Shown here piece after piece: positions 12,300 to 24,600 of a DNA stretch of 64,000 nucleotides. The translations under genes were made by a program, and so were the position numbers. The DNA comes from Bugula neritina (taxonomy: Eukaryota; Animalia; Bryozoa). The stretch is from NCBI GenBank assembly GCA_964035545.1, contig OZ037769.1:13670633-13734632 (forward strand). Reading direction: 5' to 3'. The stretch's first letter is position 1, and each line of letters starts with the position of its first letter. The notes beneath the pieces are model-generated. The model worked only from the letters and a program-made list of their open reading frames with translations, was not told where the DNA came from and did not search any database.

Positions 12300-13987
12300 T
12301 TAATGAAGGACAACTCCAAACAGAATGAAGACACTCAGTAGGAAACTGGCTGCTGCAGGTAATGAACTACTTCCATTGGTGGGATCCTTGCTTGGACTAT
12401 TCTTCGCGCCTTTAGGTGAAGCTGTGTAAAAAATAGAATATTTCATTGAATGTGCAGTTACATTTCAATAGTTTGCAAAATAAGGAGCATGTATGCAAAA
12501 ATTAAATCAATAACAAGACCCATGGTACAATTCAAACAAATTAAATAAAAAATAGTTGAAGCCGGAAGATTTCATATCCTTAGAATGTAACGATAGTCGG
12601 GTATTTAAAAAACTATGACTCTGTTGACTCACTCGCGCAAGTTAAAAGTCGCCATCTCTGTGAGAAACCCTGACGAGAATGTTTTTGTTAAAGTGAGCTA
12701 AGGACTTATTTAAATGAGACACAGGAGCAATTATGATTGGATGCTCTTTCTAACATCACCGTGGTTTTTGTCTCAAGAACCCTTGACATTGGGTTTACCA
12801 GGCAAATGCTCTAACCCCTAGACCTCGACTGATCTCTAAACTATGAATGGCTCTGTTAACACAGAAGCTTAATTTTACTTGAATGACAAGTAATTAAAAA
12901 TGTTCTTATATATATAGATATAAATTAAATTTACAGGCTGCTAATTTTACTAATACAGTTGGATTAAATTAGTTTGTACCTCGTTGGGATGTGGAGTTTC
13001 CTGTTGTTTGCTGAGCCGGTACAGAACCGCTGGCATTGGGTGTAGCTGCAACAAAGTATTAAAGTGTACAATATATGTTTTAATATGCCAATAGTAGTCC
13101 AAAAGAAAATAAATTGGTAAACTAAAGGCATGTTGCTATGCAGGTAAAATAGATGAATTTTTTTATACCTGTTGATTTGACATTTGATGGCAAATTAGTA
13201 GGACTTCCTGTTGTAGAATTACTAGCACTTGGCGCTGTAGTAGTTGTAGTAGTTGAATTAGCTGCATAAAAGATGTACAAAATGGCCTCAGAGTTATCAT
13301 AATAAAAATCAACATAACATATTTAATGAATATCATAAAGTAAACAAATAATTGAAGAACTCAAGTAAACTATCCAAGCCTTCAGTTAGATAATTGTGCG
13401 GTTCATCAAAAGTAGACAGCTATAAGCAAATTCCTATGTGTGACGCTCACCTGCTTTTAATGCCATTATAACAAGTAATACACATGCAACCGTGACAATT
13501 CTGAACTGCGTGTTTGCTGTACTATATACCTATTCACTAAATGGAGGAAGATTTGCAAGAGGAAATGGTTTCAAACCAGTCTGGTATCTTTTTTTATATA
13601 TGGACAGAAATTAAAAACCAATAAAACCAAACACTATTAAATAACTTGCCTTTAGTAGTAGGATTTGCTGTTGTAGTAAGGGTTGATGTAGCATTAGCTG
13701 AACTGGCTGCAAAAATAATTTTAGCCTTTAGGTTCAAATGAAAAAATTGTCATTAAATTTAAATTGTTTACATCTAATGAATTTTGTTTCATATGTAGAT
13801 CCTATATATTTCCACTGCATAAAACAAAGAATGAGAGGCATGCAATGAAGTATTCACGAGGTTAGACAATTAGCTGGCGTGTAAAAAATAATTAGCTATA
13901 AGCACATTTCTATATGTGAAGAAAATACTTACCTGTTTTTAATGCCATTATAACAAGTAACACACAACTGATGGTCCTGAAATACAT
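12300..13987 (-). CDS. Gene C: ~130-aa Ser/Thr/Asn-rich putative GPI-anchored glycoprotein
   Basis: Exons 13987-13933 (MYFRTISCVLLVIMALKT), 13706-13650 (GC donor AAG|GCAAGT), 13261-13169, 13045-12980, 12421-12300 (...DPTNGSSSLPAAASFLLSVFILFGVVLH*); all phase 1; sequons NAT, NST x3, NAS, NGS. How the 5' exons connect is uncertain. Confidence 0.75.
12627..12837 (-). mobile_element. tRNA-derived SINE, family 1
   Basis: Reverse complement of the 16159-16380 element; degenerate TSD AAACTATGA..CTCTGTT. Confidence 0.85.
13451..13650 (-). pseudogene. Duplicated promoter + signal-peptide exon of gene C, with ACG in place of ATG
   Basis: About 13400-13655 aligns with 13880-14135; exon 13511-13451 reads ACG-QFRIVTVACVLLVIMALKA with an intact GTGAGC donor. 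Confidence 0.6.
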
Positions 13988-14070
13988 GTTTGCTATGTAC
14001 TATATACCTATTCACTAAATGGAGGAGTATTTGCAAGATGTAAATGATTTCAAATCATTCTAGTATCCTC

Positions 14071-14214
14071 TTTTATATATGGACAAAACTTAGAAACCAA
14101 ACAAACCAAACGCTATTAAATAACTTGCTTTTATCTAAGTCAGCTTATATTTGGAAGGTATTATTATATAAGTTTGATCATTAGTGATCTTCCGTTAGTG
14201 GACGTCATGGCAAC
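14071..14214 (-). promoter_or_regulatory. Gene C promoter: TATA and X-box-like GACGTCATGGCAAC
   Basis: TATATAAAA (minus) 14071-14079; 13/14 match to RTHNYYWTRRNRAC at 14201-14214. Confidence 0.45.
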
Positions 14215-15644
14215 ATAGCATAATCTACCACATCTTAGCAATAAAGATAAGATCATACAACTATAATGTGAAGATCAAGACACAGAAATAAAGTTAGTCT
14301 TGTCAACAAATTAAACAATCTTCCTCAACCTTATTACATTTTTTATTAAACTGCCATTGATAGCAGAGTTTTCCTCAAACATTTGCCAGCTTTGTTATTG
14401 TAGATAAAGACTCAAGCCATGTGAAACATTGTCACCTATTATGCCATTATTGACAGCTTAATTAGATTTTCAACAATAACTGTTTATATAAATAATAGTT
14501 TCAGACTTGCTGCATACAAACATTGCCCTTTACTCAAGACATTTACAAAAAGTACATATATTACAGTTATTCCCATTTTATGCAGTCATACTCTACGCAG
14601 ATTTTAACAGAGGATATACAAAACAATTATGGATTATTTTACTAACAAGTTACCAGTCATCATTTTGCCAGCTTATAGCTTGATATAATTTTAAAAAACA
14701 GTGCAGTTGAAATTTACAATCCAGACTTTGTGATCCGTGGCTGCCATAAAATGTTGAGCTTTCATGGTATGTATTATTGCAGTTTTCTATATCTGGGAGT
14801 TTAGTGCATTATGCCACTAGTTGTATCGCTACCAAGCATGGAAACAGGGTGTATTGAAGCCAGTTCCTAATTGGTTACTCATAAACATGTAAACTGTACT
14901 AATTTCTCCGTTTAGTATCATTTTGGAGTGAGTTATATGTTATTAGCTACAAAAAACATTTTTCTCACACGTATAATTTTGCCATAGGTTTTGTAATTCA
15001 TGCAGCATGTTGCAATATAATTAATATATTTATTTTTTAATAAATATGTAAGTAAAACATTGAAGTAAATTATTTCTATCCCACAAGTAACGTTTTGTAT
15101 ACTACTGTTCCATGCTTGGCATGACCAAAATTTAACTTCTCTTTTATTCAATAAACTTATTACAGATTACAATTATAAGGCACTTTCACGAAGCAATAAT
15201 TTATTAGGTAATGAATTAATAATAACCTTCAGAAATACAGGTTGAGTTATGATGCATAATCAACATCCAGGTGGCATTTTGGGAAGGAACTTCCCTAAAA
15301 AGGCTACAGCATTGTATAGCAAGTGCAATACATATAGCACCACTTTAGTTGCAACCTAACCTTGACCTTGAGCACAGCATATGCCATGAGGTACACGAAG
15401 ATAGCCAATCAAATCTGGTCACACAACTGATCTCTAATGCTATTGTTTGTGCTTTATCAAACTGCAGAACTGTAACAGGGTAATGTCACCAAATCTGTTA
15501 CACTTTTAATAAACGTCTCTGATTTGCTGGAAATAACTGGCTCAGAGAAAGTCAGAGAGAAGAGTGAACATCTGTCTCCCTGTACTAAAGACAAGCACGA
15601 TGTATACAATGCAGTCAGGTGGGCAGTGAAGTGTGAAGAGGTGA

Positions 15645-18600
15645 TCATCGTGCCTCTAGTATCAAAGTTTCCTGGGGGACCAACTTTGATTCCTTCAGGG
15701 TTTTGCTGGTATCTTCCTGAGTCAACTAGATGGACAAATAAACATTTCAGAACATTCTGTAACACATAACTATGAGTAACTATAACAACTTTCAGTAGAG
15801 ATACTAGGTGCCTTCGGACTAACGGGCAAAGGGTTATCACACTACATCGCAAACTTGAGTAAATTATCTGAATTTTAAAAAAAAAATTTTTATCAGTTCA
15901 AGAAAATTGGGTGAAATTGCAGATAAACAGTCAGGTGCATGAGATATGTCTCTATGTATAGACCTAAAAACACACTAAGCTGGGAGGATGTCTAATGATG
16001 TTACAAACTTAGTAACTCATATGTGATAAACCAAAACCAACTATACCATCAGTTTTACAGAATATCTATACACTCTACAGCACTAGATAACCAATACCAG
16101 ACGCTACCTGTACAGACACACAGTTGTACTTTAACCTGTCATGTGACTTGACTATCACAGGGAGAAGCCGTGGTCTAGGGGTTAGAGCGTTTGCCTAATA
16201 AACACGAAGTCATGGGTTTGAACCACAGTAAAGGCCATTGGTGATGTTAGGAAGAGCATCTAGTCATAACTGCTCCTGTGCCTCATCTGCACAAATCCTT
16301 AGCCTAATTTAATAAAAAGCCCTTTCTCCACCGGGGGTTTTCTCACAGGGATAGCGACTATAAATTTTCGTGAGTTTTTTATGTGACTTGACTATCACGT
16401 CATGTTGACTTACATCTCGCCGTGGAAATGTCGTGAGAACTTTATAGTCTGCTATCCGATAGCCCTCCAGCATGAGATAGTCAAAGAGGACAGCGAGTTG
16501 GGTGTCACCTAGGAACCTCCTAGACACCACCTTACCATCAGGACACCTGAATCTCAGTCTAGCCATTTCCTGTTTACAGTCAACTGGCGGCTCATCCGGA
16601 ATACTATTGGCTACAGACTGTCTCATGGCCTGCCAATCACAAGATGAGAAGATTACAACTAGCTGGAGGTAACACTTCTGTAGCTATATGACACGAGTGT
16701 AGCTAGGTGACTTTGCATTATCATGGACAAAATATTGAAGTGCACTAATGCAGCATATTGCGACAGATAAGATGACCCATTGAACTCTACTACAATACAT
16801 TAGTAGAGTTAAATGGGTCATTGATAATAGCAGGCAGCTAATAGTAGGTATTATCTCACTACATGATAGAGCGAAGTTGGGTGAGGAGGCAGCCCACCGA
16901 ACACAGTACTAATGCAACAGTTGACCTCTGCTATAACAATAGAGAGACACACTCACAAGATATTAACTATACATAGAGACGGCACTTACTTCCATAGTTT
17001 CCTGTTCCAACTTCATATCTTCCTGTTTCTGCTTCTCAATTCTTTCTTCTTCCTCTTTCTGATTTTGCTAAAATCACCAGACAATCAATGTAGGTTTCAC
17101 ATGGGCATTATCATGTAGCCCGTATAGAACTTTAACTTGGCACTATTCCAATTCATTGGGAAGATTTTTCATTTGCTCAAATAGGTTCAACATTCTCATG
17201 GATATCAGAATGCTGGGCTAAGCCTTATTATCTCATAAAAAGATATGGGAAGTTTATATGACATGTTATACACACAGTGAATGCACCAGCAAAAAGGTTA
17301 TTGCAAGTAAAATAATTACATAATTTAGATTAAATGTAAGAATGTATCTTATACTGTTACCTTCACTCTGTACACTGAGCACATAATAGAGATTATACTG
17401 TTACCTTAACTCTGTACACTGAGCATATAATAGAGATTATACTGTTACCTTTACTCTGTCTACTGAGCACATAATAGATATTATACTGTTACCTTTACTC
17501 TGTCCACTGCCAGGGAAGCTTCATAAGCAGCGTCTTGCAAAGCTTTCATCTGTTCTCTCTCTATTCTCTCTTGCTACAACATCAAACGTGTGCAACATGT
17601 ACAATATGTAAGTACACATGACACATATACATAGAGGTAAGTACACACAACACATACACACATGTAAGTATATAAGATTTATTTATTCATGATGTATTTA
17701 AAATACAGACAACTTGCACTTATAATTTTTTTAGTAAACGAATGCTAATCATAATTTGTTACTTAAATTGGTATATTTTCTTTAATTTCATATCTTTACC
17801 CATCCATTACTAAAAACTTCAAATCTCTCACAAAATTCCCCTGATAGGGGTAGCTTCGCAGCGAATTGACAAACAGTTATGCAGATAACAAAATGCAGGT
17901 GAGTGAGACACTATGCCGAATATGTTCACCACTTGTGTGGAAACTCACCTCTTCAACGATATCTTGGGTTCTGGCCTGTTGAAATCTTTCCTCTGCATTC
18001 AGCAGTGACGTCATCATTTCTTCAGTGGTGGATCCAGCTTTCACCGTAGTCAGTACCTCATATGACCCCTTCAGCTGTCACAATATAACAGGCAACATAA
18101 GGGCATCATACTAACTGGCCTGCCACCCGATCAGGACATGGCGGTGAAAGTTTAACATCATACTATGTAGCCTGTCTAAAGCAAAATTCCTGGATTTAAC
18201 TCGGAACTTCGCATTAGGCACCCTTACATTTAACTTTAATTTACCTGTAGTCATAATTAGTCGATGTGTGAAATATTGTAGCAGGCTGAGAGTGGGAAGA
18301 TATATTCCAATTTACTTCATAGATAATTATGAGCAGTAGTTATTTTGTGCAAATAAAAATTATGAGCAAAAAGAAAACAACAAATTGAGTGTTAATTGAT
18401 ACAGAAGTGATGGTGGAGAATTCAAATAATAGCTGACAGTAATTATGTATTAGTACTTGAATATCCAGTGATTAAATGAGTGATTAGACTGAGCAATTGG
18501 CTGAGTTTTATTGGCTGAGTGAAGGAGTGACAGCATAAGCTTGTAAAGAGCTATCCCCAGCGTGCTGTAATCAGCACATTTCCATTATTAAATGATTCGC

Positions 18601-21600
18601 TACACAGCCTATTACACTTTGTTTTGAGTTAATGGAAGAAAAGAATATAAAAAAACATTTTGGTAAGACTAAAAATAAACTCTCACATTCGCTCAAAGTC
18701 TCTGTCATTGTGAAAATCCCTGGTGATAAAAATGTTCAAACAAGTTACAAAGTGTGCCTCTTAGTAGCATGGCTTAAGCCTTAAAGAGTTTCATAGTAGT
18801 TCACGGCCCTACCAGAATTTGAACCCATGACCATGCCTTACTAAGCCAGTACTCTAACCACCTTAGCTGCTTCTTTTTTACAAACCTCGAAGAAAATCAA
18901 TAAAAGCTGTGGTAGTGCCCCACCCATTCCCTCCCCCCTTCTGCACTGGAATCTCATTTCAGCGAGTTATTTCAAGTACCAAACTTAAAAAAAACTTTGA
19001 ATGAGCTTTCAAGGCACAATGTAGTAACATAAAATACAACTACATAATATAATCACAACAGAAAAAAATCTAGAGTATACCTTGGCTATTACTATCAATA
19101 CGGGCAGTTGGTCTACCCCCATCTCTTTAACCAAGTCTGTGGCATCTCGGCCAGCTATCTGGGAGAACATTGTCAGAAACCTAACAGAACATACAGTAAG
19201 TGTGTAGAGTATAGTTGTATATGCATTTGTAATATTATAGATCTACATAGTAAGTGTATTGTTTATATTATATAGCTGTATAGAACTACATAGCAGGTGT
19301 ATTGTTTATATTATATAGCTGTATAGAACTACATAGCAGATGTAATGTTTATATTATATAGCTGTATAGAACTACATAGCAGATGTAATGTTTATATTAT
19401 ATAGCTGTATAGAACTACATAGCAGATGTAATGTTTATATCACTAGGTTGTTAATAATGGTTTAGTAAATTAAATATAGATACACACATGAAAGAGAACC
19501 CAAAACACAGTTATTTAATGAGGATATAAAGGAAAAAATACTTGCAAAACAAAAGAATAGGGAGGGCAAAACTAGCAAAACTTGTACAGAGATTTAATGA
19601 CTGTGTTTAGTGACAGAGTAGACAAGCGGTCATTAAATGGTGGGCCAAATAATGGTGAGTCACTAAATGGTGGGCCAAATAATGGTGAGTTACTAAATGG
19701 TGGGCCAAATAATGGTGAGTTATTAAATGGTGGGCCAAATAATGGTGAGTTATTAAATGGTGGGCCAAATAATGGCGAGTCACTAAATGGTAGGCCACTA
19801 CACACAGAGCAAACACTAAAATAACGAATCATCATTGTAGAATTATACATGAGCTTTATGGCACCAAATTGCACCAAAAGTTTACTTTTCAAGTTTGAAT
19901 TATACTTGAAATTGAGCATGATTAAAGTAGTAAAACAGGACATGCCTTTTAATACTAATAAGCATTTTTAGCACCTGATTATTAAAAGCGAAAACCTAAT
20001 TACAAAGTTTATGATTGAATATTTTAAGGTAATCTTTTGACAACATAAAAATATATTGCATCCTTCACCAACGTTTTATTGACTGGAAATTGGTTAAATG
20101 ATAATAAAATAGAGATGAATGCTGAAAGATATAGTAGAGGTGGCTAACCTTCTTTTGTTTACGGGGAGGGTGATATCCCAGCCCCAAGTTATGAAGTTTG
20201 CTGAAAGATAGTTGACTATAGTTTCTGAGCACAAGACTTGCTGACAGAAAATGTTGGCAGCAATACTTTCGTCGTGGTGAATGTACACAGCCAGAAGTCT
20301 TCTCTGAATTATATACCATTATATATACATTATCATTATATATACATTATCATTATATATACATTATCATTATATATACATTATCATTATATATACATTA
20401 TCATTATATATACATTATCATTATATATACATTATCATTATATACAATCATATACATTATACACTACATATAATTATAAATACATTATATACATATTTAC
20501 ATTATATAAATCATATAAACCCATATTTACATTTTATAATACAATCATACATACATAATATACATAATATAAAACAATGCATCCATTATATACAATCACA
20601 TATAGATTATATACATATTTACATTATATACAATCATATATACGATCATATATATGACACACATAACTGCTGTATAACATATTGCATCAAATATATATTA
20701 TACTCACACATAACATTGCATAATACACAATATATTTATTACCAGCCAAGACTTTCAACATTGAATTACATTCAACAGATAAAAAATACGTTTACTTATG
20801 ATAATATTGGGTATTATAAAAAAAATCAACTAAAAGAATGTGACATGTCCTATAGAGTTACAATAAACCATGCAATACATCTACAGATAAACTAAGAGAT
20901 GTCAAGTAGCAGCAGGTGCTTGCAGGGTGACTCACCTCAGACGCCGTGCACTGAAGTGCCACATCCACAGCATCTCTGAGAGTACCGGAGTAGAAATGAG
21001 GTCGTGTCTGCGTTCCGTACCTGTTCCCAAACTCCACGTTCATTTGCTCAATGGCAGCGGCAGCATCTTCTATGTCAGCCGGTACTGCAAATACTCTATA
21101 CATATTATCATGTGAATAAATACTTTATATACATTATCATATCAATAAATACTCTATATATATTATCATATCAATAAATATTCTATATATATTATCATAT
21201 CAATAAATACTCTATATATATGATCATATCAATAAACACTCTATATATATTATCATATCAATAAATACTCTATATATATTATCATATCAATAAATACTCT
21301 ATATATATTATCATATCAATAAATACTCTATATATATTATCATATCAATAAATACTCTATATATATTATCATATCAATAAATACTCTATATATATTATCA
21401 TATCAATAAATACTCTATATATATTATCATATCAATATATACTCTATATATATTATCATATCAATAAATACTCTATATACATTATCATGTGAATAAATAC
21501 TCTATATATATTATCATATCAATAAATACTTTATACATATTATCATATCAATAAATACTTTATACATATTATCATATCAATAAATACTCTATATATATTA

Positions 21601-24600
21601 TTATATCAATAAATACTTTATACATATTATCATGTGAATAAATACTCTATATATATTATCATATCAATAAATACTCTATATATATTATCATGTGAATAAA
21701 TACTTTATACATATTATCATATCAATAAATACTCTATATATATTATCATGTGAATAAATACTTTATACATATTATCATGTGAATTAATATTTTATACATA
21801 TTATCATACATGATGGGTCATTTTACTTAATTTAGTACACACTGGATATCTTCAGTTTTTAGCTATTTTTCACCATTTAACTGCTAATAAACATAATTTT
21901 TGATCCAAACTAGTAAAACACGAATAAATACACCTAAATAATCAAAGTTCCTTTTAATTTTGCTTCATTCCCCATGTTTTTTCCTAATTATTCAGCTACT
22001 TTTTGGTTACGGACCGTTATGGTTTTTTCGTAATGGTCCGCACTCCTAATAAGCTAAATAAATAAGAAAAAACATGGGAAATCAAGCAAAATAAAGAAGA
22101 ACCTTAATTATTTCGGTGTATTTATTGGTGTTTTACTAGTTTTATGCAAAAAGCCATGTTCATTACCATTTAAATGGTGAGAAATAGCTAAAAACTGGAG
22201 ATTCCAGTGTGTACTAAATTAAGTAAAATGTGAATTAATACTCTATATATCATTATATCAATAAATACTCTATATATATTATCATCTCTGCTGAAACACA
22301 CAGTTTTATAACTGAGCTGGTTTTAAAGTTTAAACTTTGAATATTTAAGCCAGAGCTCTGTAGGTGATAGCTACGGTAAATATGAATATTTCAATACTGC
22401 ATAAATAAAGTGTGTCGGGAATTCTCTAAGTAGACAGTTCTTAGTCTGAAATCTGACTTACTCAGAGATTCTCTGGTGTTTCTGGTGGGTTGGACCGGAG
22501 ACAGCCGTTCGATATCCATGATATCATCATCGGCTATAAGAACATCACTACTGTCTGAGTCACTGTCACTGTGCACAGTGTACGTGCGAACTGCGGGCCC
22601 CCTACCGCGCCCCCTACTCCTATCAAAAAAGTTAGACATTGGCAGCTGACTGCTGCGTCTGCATACTGTCAATACGTGGATTGGTGTATTTAGCTGGCAG
22701 CCTGCCAAGGTCATGTCATCGGAAACGTGGGAAGACCAGCCAGTCCATACCTGGGAGAAGGTAGGTATACCGTATCTGTTCTGAATATCTTCTTTTATCT
22801 ACAAAAGGAAGACACATGAATTCTGACCAATCACATCAAAGCTTCAAGTTATTGACCAATCAGAGAGTTGGTATTTTATGCTAGCAGTAGAATCTAGTTA
22901 TCACTAAGAGATTTCTTGATCAAATCAGATGCAGTAAACTGTAGTATTACACACTATTACATGCAAGTGAAAAATCATTGAGGAAGCAACTCTAAAAATA
23001 CTAGTCACTCACAGCTTTTAAACTCGATTTTCAGAACTTTCGTAGACCTTATCAAAGCATTTTACTTGGTAAGTTGAAGAAAACTGGCTGCATTGAGTTG
23101 GCCCTAATGTGGTTCACAAGCTATCTAACTAACCGTACTCAAATAAAATAAAGTCCTGAGTCTAAACCTTTAATAATTGCCACCTGCGCAATAACATGCC
23201 CCATCATTACCTCCTCTTGGGTGACACCCCATATTACCTACTTTTCTATTAAACTTAGTGATAAAACAAACAAAAAAACAAAAGAAGAAATTACTAATCA
23301 CTTAAAATAATGAAAAATCCGTGTAATGTAGACTAATAATTGACCAACCAACTGTAGTATTATACACTCTTACTAGTGTGCGATAAATCATCGATGACAT
23401 AACTCTTAAAAAAACCAGTTACTTATATAATAATATTAAATATTGGCGAATGAGTCATAACACAGACTAATAATTAGCCAACCAATAAGCAGTACCTCTG
23501 CTACAGTCTTGGTGCCTGGTTCCTTCATATCCAGTTTCAGCACTTGACCCTCGGTTATATTGACCTCTATCCGCAACTCGTACAATCTGGAGAGGTCAAC
23601 TGAGATGGTTCTATCGAGTGGCATATTAGTGTCCATGGAGGGCCGACTACCGGCCACCAGGACAGTGATGGTGTTCTCCCTAGGCAGCTTCAACTCATGT
23701 AACATCATCTGTAGAATAGCAGAGACATGAATGTTTAATCTTGGCAGCAAAGGTGTAAGGTCAGTGACTATATGCTGCTATAACAGACAACTATAATGTG
23801 CTGGAAGCCATGAGGTAACAGGTAATATCCAATCACTGCAAGTGCAATCCGCTGAGTTGAAAGATTAGCAAAACAGATAAATGGTGAAACATAAAGGTAA
23901 TGTACATTACTCATTTTTTTCGCATTGTTCAGTGATAGTGTGCACTTTCTAGTAATGCTATATACATTATCCAGTAATGCTATATACATTATCCAGTAAT
24001 GCTATAAATTATTCAATAATGCTATATACATTATCCAGTAATACTATATACATTATCCAGTAATGCTATATACATTATCCAGTAATGCTATATACATTAT
24101 CCAGTAATGCTATATACATTATCCAGTAATGCTATATACATTATCCAGTAATGCTATATACATTATCCAGTAATACTATATACATTATCCAGTAATGCTA
24201 TATACATTATCCAGTAATGCTATATACATTATCCAGTAATACTATATACATTATCCAGTAATGCTATAAATTATTCAATAATATACATACATTATCTTCA
24301 GGTGTTGTGTTTTTGTTCTCCCATACCAATGATATGACAGACTTGTCTTCCCCAATACGGGCTGAGATCATATCTTTCAGATCATCTAGAGAACCAAATA
24401 GAATAATATGCTGTTATATTACTACATGATTATATTATATTACTACACTGCTATATTACTATACCATAATAGTATATCATTATATTATTACATAGTTATA
24501 TATTAAATTATTATATAACTCAATTAATATATTAAATTAAACTACAGCAGTGCCATATCACAGTCAAGTATAACATGAAACTAAAGTATAAAAAGTTGGT

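Noticed and set aside
15457-15852. 131-aa minus and 81-aa plus ORFs
   Set aside because: Off-frame or antisense to the real last FAF1 exon (15725-15645)
19572-19943. LNGGPNNGE / SPLFGPPF / His-rich repeat ORFs
   Set aside because: Products of a 30-bp intronic minisatellite; FAF1 splices cleanly across it
21089-21808. CRISPR-like array of 29-bp repeats
   Set aside because: Units are contiguous with no unique spacers; eukaryotic intron; no cas genes
22936-23425. Diverged ~75-bp direct repeat in FAF1 intron 6
   Set aside because: Old local duplication with no LTR, TSD or coding features
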